Assembly (NCBI GenBank): GCA_018398765.1
Contig: JAHBMJ010000357.1
Coordinates: 1 to 49,968, forward strand
DNA length: 49,968 bases
Source of the DNA: Chromera velia
Lineage: Eukaryota
Reading direction: 5' to 3'
Shown here: positions 46,847-49,968 of the stretch, one piece after another
Position numbering within the stretch: the first letter of the stretch is position 1
How the letters are laid out: every line of letters starts with the position of its first letter
The notes under the pieces: generated by a model
What the model was told of the DNA's origin: nothing
Seen by the model: the letters and a program-made list of their open reading frames with translations, nothing else
Database searches by the model: none
Translations under genes and position numbers: made by a program

Positions 46847-49800
46847 AACAAACAAACAACGTCGTGCATAGCTGCAGTCATCCTCTGTTTTCGTCGTCTT
46901 ACCCTGTTTCTGCTCCCTCTGTCCATGTGTCTTTCTCTCTCCCTTTGCCAGCGTGTGTGCCTTCGTTTTCCTAGGTGGGAAAGCGTTGTTGAGATTGGAT
47001 GTCATTGAGGGGAAAGGGAAAGAGGGGGGGAGACACAAGGAGCTGCATCATGTGCAGCGGCGAAACTGAGGAAGCAGGTTCATGCGAAGAGAAGCGAAGA
47101 GAAAAGTGAGGGAGGTTACCCCCTTTTCCATCGCATCCAAGTCAAAGGCTCCAGCGGAAAAGATTGTAGAAAGCTGTCTCTTGAGCACTTCCCTTCCCTT
47201 ACCTCCTTCCTCGTTTTTTTCCACTCCCGTTTTTCCTAAAAACACCGCTGCCTCTCTTTTTTTGCGTCCTCGTGCGCAGTCCGTTCACCCCCAAGGCACG
47301 CACGCACCCACACACAGCAAGAGGGAGGGAGAGAGGCAAGCTTGCCCACCTTGACAAATTCCTCGTGCTCCACATCCGGGTGGAACCTCTGCGCAGCTCT
47401 GAGGATTTGGTGGTAGTCTCTCTCGTCTCTCGTGCGCTTCCGGTCCTTTGCCTGCGGGTGGCGAGAGAGAGACGCGCATTTGCGTTGTGTGTATGTGTAT
47501 GTGCACGCGTGCATATGCAAACTTGCATTTATTCTGCTCCTGTACCTGCAAAACTAGTTCCTGCCTTCGTGATGGTGGTGGAGTGGGGCTATTGCGTTCA
47601 GTGGACAGGAAGAGGGAGAGGTTGGGAAGGGGAGACAAAAATATGACTCAGAACTTGGCTGCAGGCAGAGAGGCCTGAAAGGAAAGGATGGACATCAAAC
47701 TTCTCCAACAACCTGGCTTCACCTCTCTTTCATGCACATATGAACGGATGAACGTAGGAGGAGGGGAGACGCACCCACCTGCTGTGCCCGGATGTCCAAA
47801 AGGTTCCGATGGACTGCAAAGGCCTTCCTTCTCATTCGTTCATCCAGCTTGCAGTTGAAGATTTCCTGGCAAGCAGGAGACGTGCATGGATACACATGTC
47901 GAACTATCGGTGTATTCACACACACACACACATGCACATGCGTTTACAGGGTCGTGACTTTCTTCTGTCCAGTTTGCAGGCTCTCGTTTTCTCATCCTTC
48001 GACGACCGACAGAAACGAGAACGCACAAGCTATCCCAAGGACAGGGGACAGACACAACGCTACAGACCTTTCTGTCTGCTTCGTCGACTTCCTTCACGTT
48101 TCACTTTTTTCTTCTTATCAACCTGGGACACTGACTTACTGCCCTGAGGGTGACTGTGATTTTCCATACTGAGGACAAACACACACAACACAACAGCACC
48201 AACACAGCAAGGCAAAGCAGGAAACCGGTGTTGCCTATCCATCGCCAGTCTGGGTGTCACTCACGAAAACGAACATTCCACACAGGCAGAGACAGAATGA
48301 CTGAGAGACAGACTCACCAAGGCATTCAATTTGAGTTCCGTCTCCTCAGGAGGCTCCTCAGGTCTGAACTCCAAATCAGCCACAATCATCTCGGCATCGT
48401 TATCATATTCAGTCTCGAAGTCGCAACGTCTCTCCATGTACCTGCGGGAAGGGAACGAGAGTGATGATCAAGGGAGACGCCCAAGAATGAATCCATACAA
48501 GTTCATTTTATTCCACTCGTGTTCACCTTCGTTGTCCTTCATTCCTTTCTTCTTCCCTCTCTTCGCCTCTCTCCCTTTCTCTTTTTTTTTTTTTTTTCTT
48601 TTTCTCTCCTTGTCTCCTTCCTTCACCCCTTCCATCCATCTGTAAACAACACCAAGTGACTCACCCCACAATACTGTAGGACGGCGGTTTTGCGTCTGGC
48701 TGCTTCTGACTCTGGGCACCTGCCCCCTCAGGGCCCCCTGTCACGGAAGCAGAACTGGAGCCAGACCGTGCAGCTGCAAACAAACAAAGAAACCAAATCA
48801 TCATCATTCACACACAAATCGTTATTCGGACGGAGGATCCACACCTGAACGCAAGAGCACCTCCTCAAAGGGGCGTTGTGTTGTAGACAAGCCAGCCAGA
48901 TTAGAGGGAAAATTCAGATGCCGCAAGACAAGGCGCAGCATGCAGACAACGCATCTTGGAGCAGCTGCAAAAAGGAGACAGGGGGAAGCAGCCGTAGAAA
49001 GAGAAAAAGCAGACGAGAACGAGAATGGTGCATCATTCATGCGAGCACCATGCTTATACAAAGATAAATGCACACATACTGGAAACATATATCTGTACAT
49101 TACAAATCCGCCCTTCTTACCTCCTGTGGGGACAATAGCGGCAGAGGATGAGGAGACAGAAGCAGAGGATTCTGCACGATGAGGCGCCCCTCCTCCTCCC
49201 CCTCCTCCTCCTCCTGCAGCCACACTCCCCTCTGTGCCCATCTCCACATCCCCCTCCCCTCCTCCCATGGTCCCCCCACTCTGTTGCCCCCCTCCACTCC
49301 CACTCACCCCCACTCTTCCAACCTCATCGCCCCCCCCTCCAATTTCAGTGGGTGCTACTGAAGCGGCGGCGGCCGGAGGGCCGGCAGCAGAGGAAGACGA
49401 AGAAGACGAAGCATCCTGCAAACAGACCCCCAGTTCCATAAGACAGAGAGAAGAGGTAGGCTTTGCCATCTCGTTTCTGCCCTTCCTCTTTTTCTCCGGA
49501 CGAAAACCACTCACTTACATCGAGAGAGAAAGAGGAGTGCAGAAAAAACATAATTCAAAGCAACCAAGCCCGCCCACCTTTGTCTTCTCTTCTTCTGAAG
49601 ATGTCCCGACCCCGATCAGCTTCGAGAAGTCCTGACACAAGAGAAAGAAGATATGTGTACAGAAAGACGCACAAATACACATTCACCCCCACCCACCCAC
49701 CCACCCACCCACCCACAGAGAGAGAGAGAGAGAGAGGGAATCCTCAAAATGCAAGACCAGCTCCCGTCCTCTAACGCCCTTTTACACTCCTTTCTCTCCT

Positions 49801-49968
49801 GCTGGAAAAAAAGAAAGGAACAGAAAAGCAGCGAAAAGACAAGGCGGCAGCAGAGGAAAAAAAGAAAAGAGAAAAGAGGAGTGGCGAAAGCGAGGACTGA
49901 GACCGAGAAGTGCAGACCTCTCATAGGGTAAGGGTGAAGAGCATGAGGGCAGAATGAAACAAGTCGGA
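43188..49968 (-). CDS. ADA2: Transcriptional adaptor ADA2 (SAGA/GCN5 complex), multi-exon, 5' part (ZZ/SANT) outside the window
   Basis: Exons encode [29 protein letters not shown]...ELKLNAL (48441-48318), [24 protein letters not shown] (47865-47779), [30 protein letters not shown] (47451-47350) and [25 protein letters not shown] (from 46811). The SWIRM domain reads [35 protein letters not shown] (about 44230-43802). Some internal exon borders and the last exon are approximate. Confidence 0.9.
45125..45420. repeat. Intronic (GTCC/GTCT)n tetranucleotide microsatellite
   Basis: Direct reading of the sequence. Confidence 0.9.

Overview
Eukaryotic, intron-rich genomic DNA with microsatellite-packed introns and GT-AG splice sites. 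The gene content (Apple-domain adhesin, a signal-peptide+Phe plastid presequence, apicomplexan-style ADA2) suggests an alveolate such as the chromerid Chromera; this is inference, not a lookup. By manually joining exons in phase I reconstruct: a RING + low-complexity + RRM protein (2730-6737 +); an N-myristoylated Pro/Tyr-rich EF-hand protein (about 16422-18962 -); a ~1096-aa protein that looks like a tandem TrmY-type SPOUT methyltransferase with an inserted FKBP25-type BTHB domain (19713-24343 +); a secreted 4x PAN/Apple-domain protein (25823-31155 -); a small putative plastid-targeted protein (31680-32039 +); and the 3' part of ADA2 (43188 to beyond the window end, -). 32.7-42.4 kb is a three-level mobile-element nest. 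A decayed Ty3/Gypsy chromovirus (TSD CCATC) sits inside a TRIM-like non-autonomous LTR element (TSD ATAGT), which sits inside one copy of a tandem 1.2-1.4 kb repeat bordered by a hammerhead-like motif. Both LTR elements have non-canonical 5'-CG...CG-3' termini, and the repeats show RIP-like CpA/TpG->TpA mutation. A hAT-type MITE with an 8-bp TSD lies at 15173-15624.
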